Positions 26,923 to 39,244 of a stretch of 64,000 nt of DNA are shown here, piece after piece. The translations under genes were made by a program, and so were the position numbers. The DNA is from Macrostomum hystrix (lineage: Eukaryota > Animalia > Platyhelminthes). The stretch's first letter is position 1; every line of letters begins with the position of its first letter. The notes under the pieces were generated by a model. The model searched no databases, was not told the DNA's origin, and saw only the letters and a list, made by a program, of their open reading frames with translations. The DNA lies in the NCBI GenBank assembly GCA_950097015.1, contig CATNEN010000038.1:17856001-17920000 (forward strand). The letters run 5' to 3'.

Positions 26923-29084
26923 ATGTCTGTCAGGCCGGGCCCTATCTACCAACTAACAATTATCGGAATCTATGGACCAGATGGTAAATCAGTTCAAAAT
27001 AAATATCTGACACGCGATGTCATTAACTCAATCGTTGCCATAGTAACAGAGACGCCATGCGCTGATCAGGTGAACTTGCTGCTTTCATTATCAACAACAA
27101 TGCTATCAACCGAGTTGTTACTAAGCAGTGCGGGAAAACTTGAGGCTTGCCAGGTGCTTGACAACGGAATGAATGAAGCTGACGACAGGTGTTCGAGTTC
27201 AACAAATTTGCGTCAAGCTTTTCGCGTTTTTGCCCTGTCTGACTCAGAGCCAGCTAGCAAGACCATCGATGAGCATCGTCAGCTCATTCGTCTCGGAGCT
27301 GATCGTTCTGGCGCCTGCTGCTTTCTGCATAAATTCATCGCCGTGCAGATCCTAAATGAGCAGCGACTGTTGTTTGAGTCATTGGACAGTAACGACGTCT
27401 GGTTGAATTGGATCCGGAATGACAGGTGAGACCTGTTGAGCCACAAAATTAACGACACCTGCAGGATAAATTGATTTATATCTCGAAGATAAAGAAATCT
27501 TGGTTTCTTTATCTAAAACGACGATTGCTTGATAAAAAAATAACGTTTTTTAAGTAACGCGTGAATCTTTCCTGTAAGATATTCCTTTAAAGTTTTTTTT
27601 CAATGCAGTTGAATATCTGGCCTACTTAATATAGTTATGTATATATGGGACTTCTGATCGATATGTCTGGAGCTCAATTTTGAGTCCGTGAGCAAATTCC
27701 CCGTTAATTACCGATTGCTTAAGCACTTCTATCGCGACTTCGTGCATTTAATCCCGATTCTCCCGTCGAAGTGTTTTTGTGTGCGTTCTTCCCTCTCCTC
27801 CTTTCTCCTCTCTGCGTCCTGATTGGTTGTCTCACTCTGTTTTTATTTCTTATCTCTCGCCCACCCCATTCCCTGGCTGTTATTAAATGATTATCTCTCT
27901 CCCCATTATCTCATAGAAGCTTAGCGAAAATTTCGGGTGTCATAGAATTCAGAATAGGATTTCAACAAATTCAGAATGCGTTTAGTAAAAACAATTTCAG
28001 CAGGGCTGTGGGCAATGGCGCATCATTTGGTGACACTAATTCTACCCATTCCGCTGACTCCTGAGAACACACGCACACAGATACCGTACGCAGGCGCACA
28101 CACACAGGTGTGTAAATCTGCCCGGAACTTCTTAATCGTCAGGCAGTGTGCAATTCACTGCGCCATGTAATTAGCCCTGCTTTATTGAAGGGTGTTAATC
28201 GCACGACAAGCCCCAAATAAATGTGGCCTTGCTGCCGAGTCGAGTTCTGTGACCTTGGTGCGAGGGCAAACGCTTTAGTTTATGCATGTAATTTACCACA
28301 TATTTTAGCCAAGTGTAATTTCGTAATTCGTAATTATATAAAGCAAAAAAACTGTGCTCATCTGTGCTCACTCCATACTCATTGGTGTTGCGACAGCCAC
28401 TGGAAGGCGGAGAGCGAAGTGGCTCCTCAGCCGAGCCACAGTCTGCTGCGCCTCCAGGTTTGGCGTTGGATCGGAGCAGCCATCGATGACGATGATTTTC
28501 ATCTGCCCGTGTCTGTCGCCGCACTGGACGTCAGTGGCGGCTTCGCCAACGGGCCAAGTTTGCCCTGGCCAACGCTGACTGGCGATTGGGACTATTTCAC
28601 GCGCAACACTCGCAATGAGACCGCCAATTCTGACTGCTGCGAGAACAAGCTGCGCGCCGTGAATATCTCCGGCCGACTGACCTTCGAGCAGACTCCTGAG
28701 AGCATTGCGCTAGATCCGCGTCGCATTCACCTGGTAATAGGCTCGAGCTTGGCAACCGTTGCTAAGGGCATCGATCTAAACAGTTTTATCACTCTGCCAA
28801 GCTTCGAAGCTGCCAAGGACTATGCCAGATGGCTAGCAGACAATGGTCTAGCATCCGGGACGGCCTGGGTAATGGGCGGCCAAGAGATCTACAGGCATGC
28901 TGTTGTCATGGAAACCAGCTGCCGTCGCGTCTACCTGACTCGGGTGTTCGCCCAGCACCTGTCCGCCAATCGATTCTTCCCGCTGGTTGAGCTGGCTGAG
29001 AATTATCGCCTGGAGTCGGTTTCTGAGGAAATCTGCGAGCACGGAATTCGGTACCGTTTCGAGGTGCATTGTAGGCGAAATTAA
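26923..29084 (+). CDS. Dihydrofolate reductase-like protein, about 396 aa, with two tandem DHFR-fold domains; exons 26923-27425 and 28397-29084
   Basis: C-terminal domain has DHFR motifs: SVAALDVSGGFA..SLPWPTLTGDWDYF, ISGRLTF, RIHLVIG, AWVMGGQEIY, VYLTRV, FFP, GIRYRFEV. No Met precedes it locally. A phase-2 donor (GACAG|GTGAGA) and phase-2 acceptor (GACAG|C) join it in frame to the upstream ORF. Confidence 0.8.
28035..28280 (-). mobile_element. SINE family B copy in the DHFR-like gene intron
   Basis: Reverse complement matches 20880-21135 (GCTGACTCCTGAG.ACAC..GCAC.CAGATAC.GTACGCAGGC; AAATGTGGCCT; CCTTGGTGCGAG). Confidence 0.75.
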
Positions 29085-30077
29085 TTGCTCGACTTTAGTC
29101 CACTTTTATTTTTCTACATTTTTTCGAAATTTAAAATTTAAGAATTCAAGAATAATTCAAATTTTAAATTCAAGAAATAAGGCTAAGGAATAAACGTGCA
29201 ATTTTATCCTAAACATGGCCCTTTCATAGTCTATGTCACTAAACAATATAATTGTTGTCGTTTATGGCAATTTTTTGTTCTGCTAGTTTATCTATTTCTT
29301 TTTTATATTTCTTTTTTTATTATATCGCACCTCTGCATAATAAACAAATAATCAGTCTTACAGTTCTATTTTACTCGTGCACAAGTTTTATTTATTAGAA
29401 ACTAGAAAAAAAGTCGTAAAATTTACGTTTTGTACTATTTTATTTTTTGTCCTAATCCGTAGCTGAATAAGGGAGTCTAGAATCTGGAGATTCATAATGC
29501 ACGAATGCACGATTCATAAAGCTTACTGCATGTAGCTCAATAATAATAAAGATTACATTAGTGCAATATTTGATCATTCTGCCCCTTTCCCTGGCTCCTG
29601 AGCAGTCAGTCAAATTAGTTAGCTTGGACTTACACTGTACATGAAAATAAATTAATGAATCAAGTGAAAAATGAAATATTTGAAAAACGACAAAAAGCGT
29701 CCTAATACTCGTAGTTGCTTTCAATGAGATTAGCAACTCCCATGAAATTTCATCAAAATATGTTTTTGTTTAAGCCAATTATATTTCTCGAATAAAAATA
29801 AATCAGTATAAATATTTTTGTTTCATTTTGATTTTGCCCATTATCATTGATTGAAAATTTTACGCCGCGATATTGAAAATTAGATCTTTAAAAATCACAT
29901 AAATAATTTTTTGATTTAAATCATCGGGGATTTGGGGAAGGCGAAATCAGGGGTTTGCAGCTCCAGCATGACTGTTAGGGACAGCGGCATTGCCCTGACC
30001 ACATGGTTCGTTCAGATGTCTATCTACTTTTAAAAGTGCGATTTTCAGAAAACTCGAGAGCTTTGTTCTTTAAAATA

Positions 30078-33000
30078 CTAAAACTTGGTTAGCTCTTTCT
30101 CAGCAATAGCCAGGCGCACCAGGTACTCCTTCAATTGACGCCGACGCGAAGCGGTCTCAGGATTCTCCTCTTGCAGCATGGCTAAGAGTGACTGCGGCTC
30201 GGTCAGCATCATGCTGAGTTGATGCTTGACGGCGTCGGACATGCCGTGCAGCATGTGGAACACCACCGTCATGGGGATGGTGTCCTGCAGGCGGCGTACG
30301 GCCACCCGGACGTAGGCCTCGGCACCTTCCAGCACAATCAGCGCATTCTGCTGCTTCAGCTGAGTCTGATTGGTGGCTCGGTTGAGCGCAGAAGCGCCAA
30401 CTTCAGGGCTTGCCTTCGACTTCTTTGTCTGCAGCTTCTCGTCACTAGGACTGGAAATTATTGGGTAATATTTATTTTAGGGGGGTGAGTTGCTAACTGG
30501 TCTAACGCGCATTCGCTTCTCACACCAAGGTCCCTGTGCTCGATTCCGTGGCGAGGCCACATTCATTTGGGGCGCAGCCGCGGAGAGAAGGCTTGGGGGC
30601 TTGCCGTGCAATTTACGCCCTTGAGGGTCAATCACCAAAGAGAGTGTTTAGTACCATGGAGAAGGTCTGTGCAGATGTACACACCTGTGCGAGTGTGCCT
30701 GCGTACAGTTTATGTGAACATATGTACTCTGGTGTCAGGAGCAAAACTTGCTCTATAGTGCATCCCTTTTTGAAGGCTTGAAAATTAGCTATGCAAAGCC
30801 ACAAGAGACCTTATTTTTATGTTCTTTAAGTGAACTTACAATTCCAGCTCCCTCTTATAGATGCGATCCTGTGCGAACAGAAACTTCTCCTGCTGAAGGA
30901 TCTGGCTTATCAGCTTCTTGGACTGTTCCATCTTTTTTCTCTTAATGTTTTCTACTTGGTCTTTGATGCGCGTGTTGAGGCTAGGAAACTGGGCGAAACA
31001 CTGATCTGACAATTTCCGCAAAATCTGGTCCACCTCTTGCGTCACTGAGTTCACAAACTCATTCGTATGCGGCGTAAGCTTCTCAACGAAGAACTCGCAG
31101 ACGAGCCCCTCTAGCACTGGGAAGACGTTGTCGAAACCGAGCAGCTCACGACCGCGCTGATTGAACACTCGTTCCTCAAGCATTGGCATCAGGCCCTTGT
31201 CTGGAAAACGCATCCGTATACGAGTGATGCATTGTGCATTGAGAATTGTGCATGGTGCATGGTGCATGGTGCATTGTGAACGTCTCATGAAGCATTTTGA
31301 ATGGTGCATCGTACATCACAGTTGATAAAGCCTTCATGATGCATCGTATACAAAGTTCAAAATGCAATCTAGCAACGCGGCTGGTGCTCCATATACGAGC
31401 TATTTTGCATGGCACATTCACATTATTCGTAGTTTCTCCGCAAAACTTCAAACTCACATTCACGCGACTCGGAAAAAGCGCACTTCTCGATTTGGTCAGC
31501 GAGCAACTCCCAGTGCTTGCGGCACGGTCCAAAGAGGCGATTCTCCTGGCCCCAGTGCTTGCCACTGGCAGCTTCGGTGAACGCAGATTTGAAACTCTCT
31601 ATCATGCTCACTAATAGGTTCCTGACCTCTTCATCCGATTCTGGCGGACCGATACCCAGGTCCTCCAGCTTGGCATAGTAGTCGTCTCGCTTGATCTGCA
31701 ATGAGCAAGCTATGCATCTTACTGTTAACTGTTTAATATACCTTAAAAATTAGCGATCTTAAAATAGTCACCTGAATCTCCTTTAGCATCTCCGGGATGC
31801 GGTCCCTCACCGCCTGGTACAGCTCAACGCTCAGCTTGTTGGCCAGCGTCTTGGAGCCCCGCTGGAACTCGCCCAGATTACGAAAGTGCGGATGCTCCTT
31901 GAAGAATTCCTCCTCAGCCTTGCACGCTTCCTGCAGGCTCATGTTCTCCTTCAGCTGCTGCGGAGTTCTGCAGCGCACCGTCACGAAGCCCTTGGACAGT
32001 TTGAGTCGCTCGTTTCTCATCATGGCTAGCACCTCGGTCTCCGAGCCCGGGTTCACCAGGTCCGGGCACGTCAGCACGCCGAGTGTGCGCTTGCATTCTG
32101 GATCCACTTCGCGGGCAAGTGACACCGCCTCCACTGTCTCGACGTCCACATTGCACGGGATCACAACCAGGATGAGCACCTCCGGCTTGAGAATGTGCGA
32201 CATGATGAGCGACTTGCTGACTGTGGCGATGTCACCCGCGTTCGCGATGGAAAACCTGACGGAGTGGAATAGAATAATGCGCAGCATTCTATCTACTGAA
32301 AGACTTTCAGAACTTCCTAATAGCTAGTCGATTTTTAGTTTCTGGCAATTTATACCTGGCGATTCCGGGCAGATCGATAAGCGTCAGGTCAGGCGTGTCG
32401 CGGCCCTCGATGTGCAGCTCGATGAGCTTGTCAGAGATCTCCCCGGCACTGCTGGTCATCTCCTCCTGGGCGTCGCGAATCGCCTGGCCGATTTCGGCCG
32501 GAGTGGACAGCGGCTTGTCCCGTGCCTCGCCCGACTTTGTCTCGTACCTTCGGACAGTTAAGGAAAATATCACATCTAATGTGCTACATTCTATATAAAT
32601 TCTTCGAGAGTTTGCGCCCTAAATTATTTAAACAATTGTAATTATATCTATCCGACAGAAACTTTTTGCAGTGATGATACACGCGCGGTGCACACAGGTA
32701 CTTGCACACTACGCTCCATATTACTATCGATAAGATACGAAAAAGCCAGGTGCTTTTGTTATGAGTTGCACAATCTCAAACTTCGCTGTGCCCTCCTGAC
32801 CTGAGAACCTCATTTGTACAGTTCTGCAGTGTAGCTTTAAGAAGTTCTCACTATTGAAGGACATTTTAAATCGAAGCTCACCTGATCCGGGCAGTCCAAC
32901 CCGCGTCCTCCCTACCGCGCATGCACAGCATCAGCGGGCATCGCGTGACGATGCCAAGGCCGCGGGGAAATTCCACGCCAGAGATGGACTCCAGCACGGA

Positions 33001-33186
33001 GGATTTCCCAACGGACTGGTCGCCAACCACGGCAATCGCTGGCAGGCTGATCTCCCGCTGCAGACCGTGCGACCTCAGGCTGTCCAAGGCGTTCAAACAC
33101 GGCCGCAGGCGCTCCCGGAAGGCCCGAGTGAGGGCCGGAGCGAACTCATCGTCTGACTGCGACTGTTGTTTCGGAGTCTCCGCCAT
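30078..33186 (-). CDS. MX: Mx-like dynamin-superfamily GTPase, about 650 aa; exons 33186-32882, 32547-32356, 32255-31772, 31695-31458, 31200-30840, 30450-30078
   Basis: [38 protein letters not shown]; [12 protein letters not shown]; LVVIPCNVD; [10 protein letters not shown]; GFVTVRCR; RGRELLGF; GED ([15 protein letters not shown]...[12 protein letters not shown]). No PH or PRD domain. Spliced frame is 1953 nt. Confidence 0.9.
30490..30750 (+). mobile_element. SINE family B copy in the last Mx intron
   Basis: tRNA-like head CTAACTGGTCTAACGCG...GCTCGATTCC; colinear with the copy at 20880. Confidence 0.75.
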
Positions 33187-35264
33187 TCCAGCCAGTCTGT
33201 CACAATTAAGAACTCTGTATTAATCATTTGGACAAAGCAAAACGTTTATACCCTCGTACTGCTTGCGTTCGCTCTTTGCACCCTGGTAACTGTCTTATCA
33301 AGTCACGTGCTTTGCCTGCAAATTGTTTTTCTTTAGATGTCTCGGATTGAGGCGTCGACTGGGTGCTACAGTGTAGCTAGGAATGCACTAAAAGAAAATT
33401 ATATATTAGTGCGCATCGATTTCGCAATCTGCTAGCTCAATTTGGAAGTGCTGCGCAGAAATTGCTCGCAGAGAAAATATTCAGAGCAGTGCGCCGCCTC
33501 TCACTTCTAAGATAGAAGAAACAAACTGTGTAAGAAATAAAACAAGAATTTGTCTACCGTGACGGCCAGACTGCGAAAAATAAATGTTACTGTTCTGTTG
33601 TGAAAATAAATAACACAGAACACGGAGATATTCGTCAATAAGACAGTTCAAGTGCGTCTGTCGCGCAGAAAGTTCAGTCTTGGCCAATAATTAAGGGCTC
33701 GTTTATTTATACGCGCGGGAGAATTAGGTTCTACAAAGAAGGGTGACGATCGAAAGCTCAAGAAAACAAGTGAACAAGCAATGCCCGAGTTTTCTACAGT
33801 CCTGCGATTTGTGCGCTGTATCAATACAAAACAGTTAGAAGACAAAAAATTATCATTCAGTTTAGTTTACCTTCAGGACAATGGGTCTCAGAGACTGCTG
33901 CACAGGGACATGACAATGGCCCTCAGTGTTTATTCATTGTTTATTCTCAGTGTATATTAAATTTTTATCCATTTAAACAAACGATTTTCCTATACGAATG
34001 GAATACTTTTACGCACGCTTGTATTAAGACAAAAATCATTAGAAAATATTTCGTATAGTAAAACAATTTGTATTCTATTTAGGTACGGATTTAAAATAGG
34101 TCTACTACAAATCTTAAGACTTTTTTTTAAAACTGTCAATAGGATGGCATTGTGAAATATTTTAACAAATAAAGAAATCGAATGGCTGATAAATCAGTCT
34201 AAAACTTAAAGAGACGATCTCCTGAAGATTTCTGTAGCTCTAAATATATACATAAAGCAGGCGAGTTGCATGGGCACTGGCGAAATATTTTACAATTATT
34301 TGCAATAGGATTTCTTTAATACTTAGTTTAAAATACCACCATCTTCGCAGTGTTATTGATGAGTAATCCTTTTTTATATCTTCGCAGTAGTGGTATGTAC
34401 ACTCGACACGAGCGAGTGCTGGGGGCAGAGCCCCCTCTGGGGGCATGGGTGGCGAAGCCCAAACTCTATGGGCAAAACACAATTAAACCATAGAAAATAT
34501 CAATCCTGCACGCTGGATGCACGCTGAGGGGAGTGGTTATGTAAATAATAAACGTCGTTTAATTCACATTCTGTGGTTAGAATGTCCGAGGCTGCGTTTA
34601 ATGGTCTCGAGGCGAGCGTAGCGAGCCGAGTACCATTGATTGCAGCCGAGGATATTGTAACCATAGACTATGATGAATTAAACGGCGTTTATCATATATG
34701 AAATTCGATTGCTTGTTTTTCAGGGGCATCCCATCTGATTGATAGACAGGTTTAGACCATTTGATTCCGACCATAGACAAAAAAAAATAAATTTCTCACG
34801 AAGATACTGTCACGAAGCAGCCAGTCAGTCAGTGGTGGCAAAACGTAAAAGCCGAATTTATCAAAAATTTATCAGCATGTCATCAGAACGCGAATGTGTC
34901 TACATCATCTCCATCTTCGGTGGTCACCAACCTTTATCTAGACGGATTTGCTGGACCTTCAAGAGCTACAACAGGTGGAACTAGGCCACTATGGACACCC
35001 TGACGCGAATTTCTCCGATTTCACCGATCAAGCCAAAATATTAGGCGCAGCTGAACCACAGTACACCATCGTCTAGTCTGTCAACCAATCAGTCACCAAC
35101 TGTTAGCATTCAGGCGCTGCCAAAAAATCTCCCCTTGGTATAAAAGCGGGTGGCAAAATGGCTTGTTAGTCCAACTGTACGAGTAATATATCACCGTAAA
35201 TCATGCAATATATGTCTATTTATTAATAATACTGTACTTAAATATCATTGATTAATTATAGCTA

Positions 35265-35410
35265 CCCCAGCAGTCGGATGTGCAGCTGACAGCACAGTAG
35301 CAGTAATTACGCAGTAACATTTAAAGGCTGCGTATACGCCTGTACAGTCCATGGACTGGATCAGCACGCAGCACCCAAACCAATATTACCCCATGCAGCT
35401 AATACTGGTA
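35265..35410 (-). mobile_element. Degenerate partial copy of SINE family A
   Basis: GGATGTGCAGCTGACAGCACAG...AAGGCTGCGTA...CAGTCCATGGACTG...CAGCTAATACTGGTA matches 46965-47092. Confidence 0.7.
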
Positions 35411-36323
35411 GGCAAAACAAGAACAGTTTTTCTAGAAATTGACAAGTATACCGACGTTGGCTCATAAAAAATGAAAAGATATTATCGCAGCTTAAGATTG
35501 CCCAGGGGTAGAGATGAAAAACATCTATAGACTATAGATGATTGATACAGAAAAAAGTGTGTAAACTCATTGTAAACTGAATTTATGCCGCCATGAATAG
35601 TTACCAAAATGCTAGCATTCAGGCACAACTGCTGCAGCTGCTGGCTGAGCTAACTGAATTAGAAAAGTACATTACTCTACATAGCAACGCGGATCTCTCG
35701 CGATATAGGAGTATGCATGCAGATATTTCCCCTGGAGGTTTAATAAAGCTTCAAATACATAGTATATAGTGACTGCGCTAGTTGCCCACTTGACTATAGA
35801 TAGAGCATTTAATGCGTAAGTACTATCTAGCCAGTAAGGCCTCTAATGAGTGTAGCGACAATGATTAGGAAATCGTGGAAAACAAGGATCGATATATTAT
35901 AATGCTTTTTTATTAAGGTGATCAAATCTGCTATGAATTAAGCAAGGCCATCAAACCCGCGCGCCCATGATGGAGTGTACGCTCGTTACGAATCAATTTT
36001 TCTATAACCATATAAAGACAGGCTTGTTGTAGCCTGATCATATACGAGACAAGGGGACAGCTCATTGGACCTTTGAGATGTGCTCCAGTGGGGACCAAGC
36101 CGGGGATGGTCGCGCGATTTCAATTCCTATAAAAAGGCCGCATTCAGGTAGTTTTTTTTCAGAGACGAATGAAATAACGGCCCGGCCTTAATAGCCCTGC
36201 TACTCGTAAGATTCGTTCTGCTCATATTACTCTACAATTATCTAGTATCTCTCGGATTTAAAGAATCCGAGAAATTTCGCGGTCGTCAGAGGAAGCCGCG
36301 CTGTAGGCGCATATAATAGCCCG

Positions 36324-37908
36324 ATGATGATGCTATTCCGATCTGGTAATCACTCGCACGAATGCGAGAATGCAACCAGACACAATGCCAACTTCCTGGA
36401 ACAGAATCCTGCGGTGCGATTCTACTATGGACTGGTGGTCTGCCTGACCGGCAGCAACTTCCTGCTGAACCTCCTCTGCTTTCTAGTCTTCCGGTCCATG
36501 CGACCGAGGCGACAGTTCAACCGACTGCTGATGCTCCTATCGCTGATCGAGGCCGTGTTTCAAGCCGTGTTCGCGTGCAATCACGCTCTGGTTTTCTGCA
36601 TGGATACTAACCAATTGAAGCTGCCAACGCTTGGGGTGGCATACACGGTGTGCGTTCTGCTAATGACTAGCCTGTACCTGCTTACGGTTGCTCACCTGAT
36701 GCGCAACTGGTGCGTAGTGCTAATTAGCTATTATCGCTGGATGGTGGTCTCACAGAGTCTGCCACAGAAGGGTGCCACTGCGACAGCTCGCGGCGGCGGC
36801 GGCTGCGGTGCAGGATGTCGCAGTTACTGGCCGACAAGTCGACGACGTACAGTCCAAGCGTTGAGCCTGGCTCTGCTAGTCAGCTTGCTAGTGTCCGCTC
36901 CGCGTCTCTTCGAATTCCAGGTGGTAGTTTGCTCCACTAATTACCAGGTAAAGTTTACTTAGTAGCAAGGCGTTGCAGTATATACATGAACAGCAAATAT
37001 TGGTTATCTATCACAATGCCCCTCTCGCTCAGGTGACGCACATCGACGGCTTGCTGGGCAGGCTGGCGGCATACCGGTTGGCCTACCTGGGTGCGGTGCT
37101 CTGCATTTTTCAGAATGGCGGCCCGATCGCCTGCCTGCTGGCCTTCAGCGTCTTTCTAGTTCAGTTTCTAGTCCGCCAGAGCAGACGTCGGATGTCGCTG
37201 AACTTGGAGCCCTGCGAGCGCTTCCGGGCTAGGAATCGAACCGTTCTGCTGCTCTGCACCCTATTTCTGATCTGCGAGTGGCCCACAGTGCTCAAGTCTA
37301 TTGATCCGATGAACCAGCGCTGGCAGGCGGTTGGCTTTACGGCCAATTTTCTCACCTGCCTTAACTCCACACTCAACATTTTTGTCTACAACTGCGCGCA
37401 CGAAAAATTCTCCGATGGACTGTCGCGCCTGTTGGCTATTGGTAGGTCAGGGGCAACAGCCCGCGGTGGCAGTATTGGCGGCGGACCCGGAAGCGGCGGC
37501 GATCTGGACTGGTTGACCCGACAACGCAACCATCGCCGTCGAAGTCGGCGGTGTAGCAGCGCCGCCAGCCTCGACTACGCGGAGGCTGCTCGTCGGGGAC
37601 GTCGCCGATTTGGCGGCGGCCGTCTTCGATCGGATCTGGAGACGACTCGTAGTATTTGCACCACAACAATTGGCGGAGGTCTAGACGATGATCCGGAAGA
37701 TGATAAGCTGCCAGAACATCTGGAGGCATCGGCACAGATAGGAGACAATGGACAGCGTCGAATCGACGCGACGTCGGCTCTGGCGGCCGCGTCTACCGCC
37801 ATGGCAGTTGTAGTAGTAGTCGATGAAGCTGAACCCATCAAGACTGCTGGCAGCGAAGCCGAGATGAAGACACTCATTGTGCCACCAGAACAGAACGGAC
37901 AAAAATGA
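36324..37908 (+). CDS. Rhodopsin-class (peptide-receptor-like) orphan GPCR, about 499 aa; exons 36324-36947 and 37033-37908
   Basis: Multiple hydrophobic helices; N-terminal N-glycosylation sequons; TM3 RNWCVVLISYYRW; TM4 SAPRLFE; TM6 FLICEWP; TM7 LNSTLNIFVY. Phase-0 intron CAG|GTAAAG...CAG|GTG. Confidence 0.85.
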
Positions 37909-39244
37909 TCGATCGATGTTGGTGTGTGATAATTAGGACACGTACCCAAAATTGTACAGACAGAGCACGAACTTGCAGGTACATGTTGTAGGATTATATC
38001 CTCAAAATCGCGTAGGGGCCTACTACTTATTAGAGATTGCAATTTAGCTTCAGCTTCCCCTCAATTCAATTCTTATGAATCTCGTTGTCTATAGCCTTTT
38101 TACGGACTCTAAACTCAGTTAAGAAATTATATAATCGCTAAAGCTATACTTTTACGAAACCAATAATTCTCGATTAACAGTTATCTTAACATACTAAATA
38201 CTCGTATTATGGGAGAATAAGTGGTTTTGGGTAGGGAAAATTAAAAGCGAGAGAATAATAAATACGATTAAACTTCAATTGAGGCATGGGAATTTACTGA
38301 AGATTAATAATAGTTTTTCTGTTATATTACGACTCGTACATTTTTATTATCTGCTATCAATCCAAACAACGGCACATCAGTAAAGGTAACAGTGACAGCC
38401 CTCATCGACGGAGGTTGCAGCTACACCTATACCCCGCTAAATAATTTAGTAGCTTTTTCGGCCGTCCTTTTGGCGCGAAATTCTAACCCTATCAAAAGGT
38501 TTTTGAAGTTCAAAATTCGCAACTTGCTCAGGAATCACCTCAATTCGCCACCATCATCGACATCACCGTCTTAAGGATCATCGCCGCCACGAACATATAA
38601 GCACAAACGCAAACAATGCACTCTCCGGATTCGAACTCTAGACCTCTACCTCTATGCAATCACACGTTGAAGACAATTCAATTGAAGGACTGAAGTTAAC
38701 ATTCTACGGAACGAGGGTAGAATACTAAGCACTGAGGATAAAAGCTTGGAGGAATGAGAAAACGGTAGAAATTTGGGCAGGTGTGTCGGCCTCCCAGTCC
38801 ATGGACTGATCAGTAGATAAGAAGAAAATTCGGGTTATTAGAAGCAAAAGAAAGTTTTCAGACAATATGATGAATGAGATGCTGACGACGTATCATAAAA
38901 ATAAAAAAACGTGACGTGGTTTAAAGGAAGGAAACACAATGGAAGACAAGCTCTAAGACAGACCTGCTAATTAACTTGCCGAGATTCACCCTAAAGGCAA
39001 AGAAATTTGCTGGCGATTCTAATAAGCAGAAATATTTATTACCAATTTGCTAATTGGCTTATTGCGAAATAAGAGACACATTAAGGAAGCACAAAATGGT
39101 ACATTAGGTCGATGAGTCAAGGAACTGATGTTAGGAAATAATTTTTGTTTTAACAAATAAGAAGCCTGACGAGTTTCTAAGAACTGATGAAGAAGGAATT
39201 TAAAAGTACACGCAAAAACGCTGCCACTAGTTTTACACCTTTAT

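Noticed and set aside
28221-28396. GTG start and N-terminal part of the 287-aa DHFR ORF
   Set aside because: Lies in an intronic SINE copy and intron sequence; a phase-compatible acceptor at 28396 explains the frame.
31201-31457. Apparent stop or frameshift in Mx suggesting a pseudogene
   Set aside because: It is a normal phase-1 GT-AG intron, and splicing restores the frame (SESRE-Y-KGLMP).
36243-36292. Hammerhead-like core on the minus strand: CTGACGA-ccgc-GAAA-12-bp stem-TA
   Set aside because: Stem II cannot form from 4 nt and stem I does not pair; probably a simple hairpin with chance core matches.
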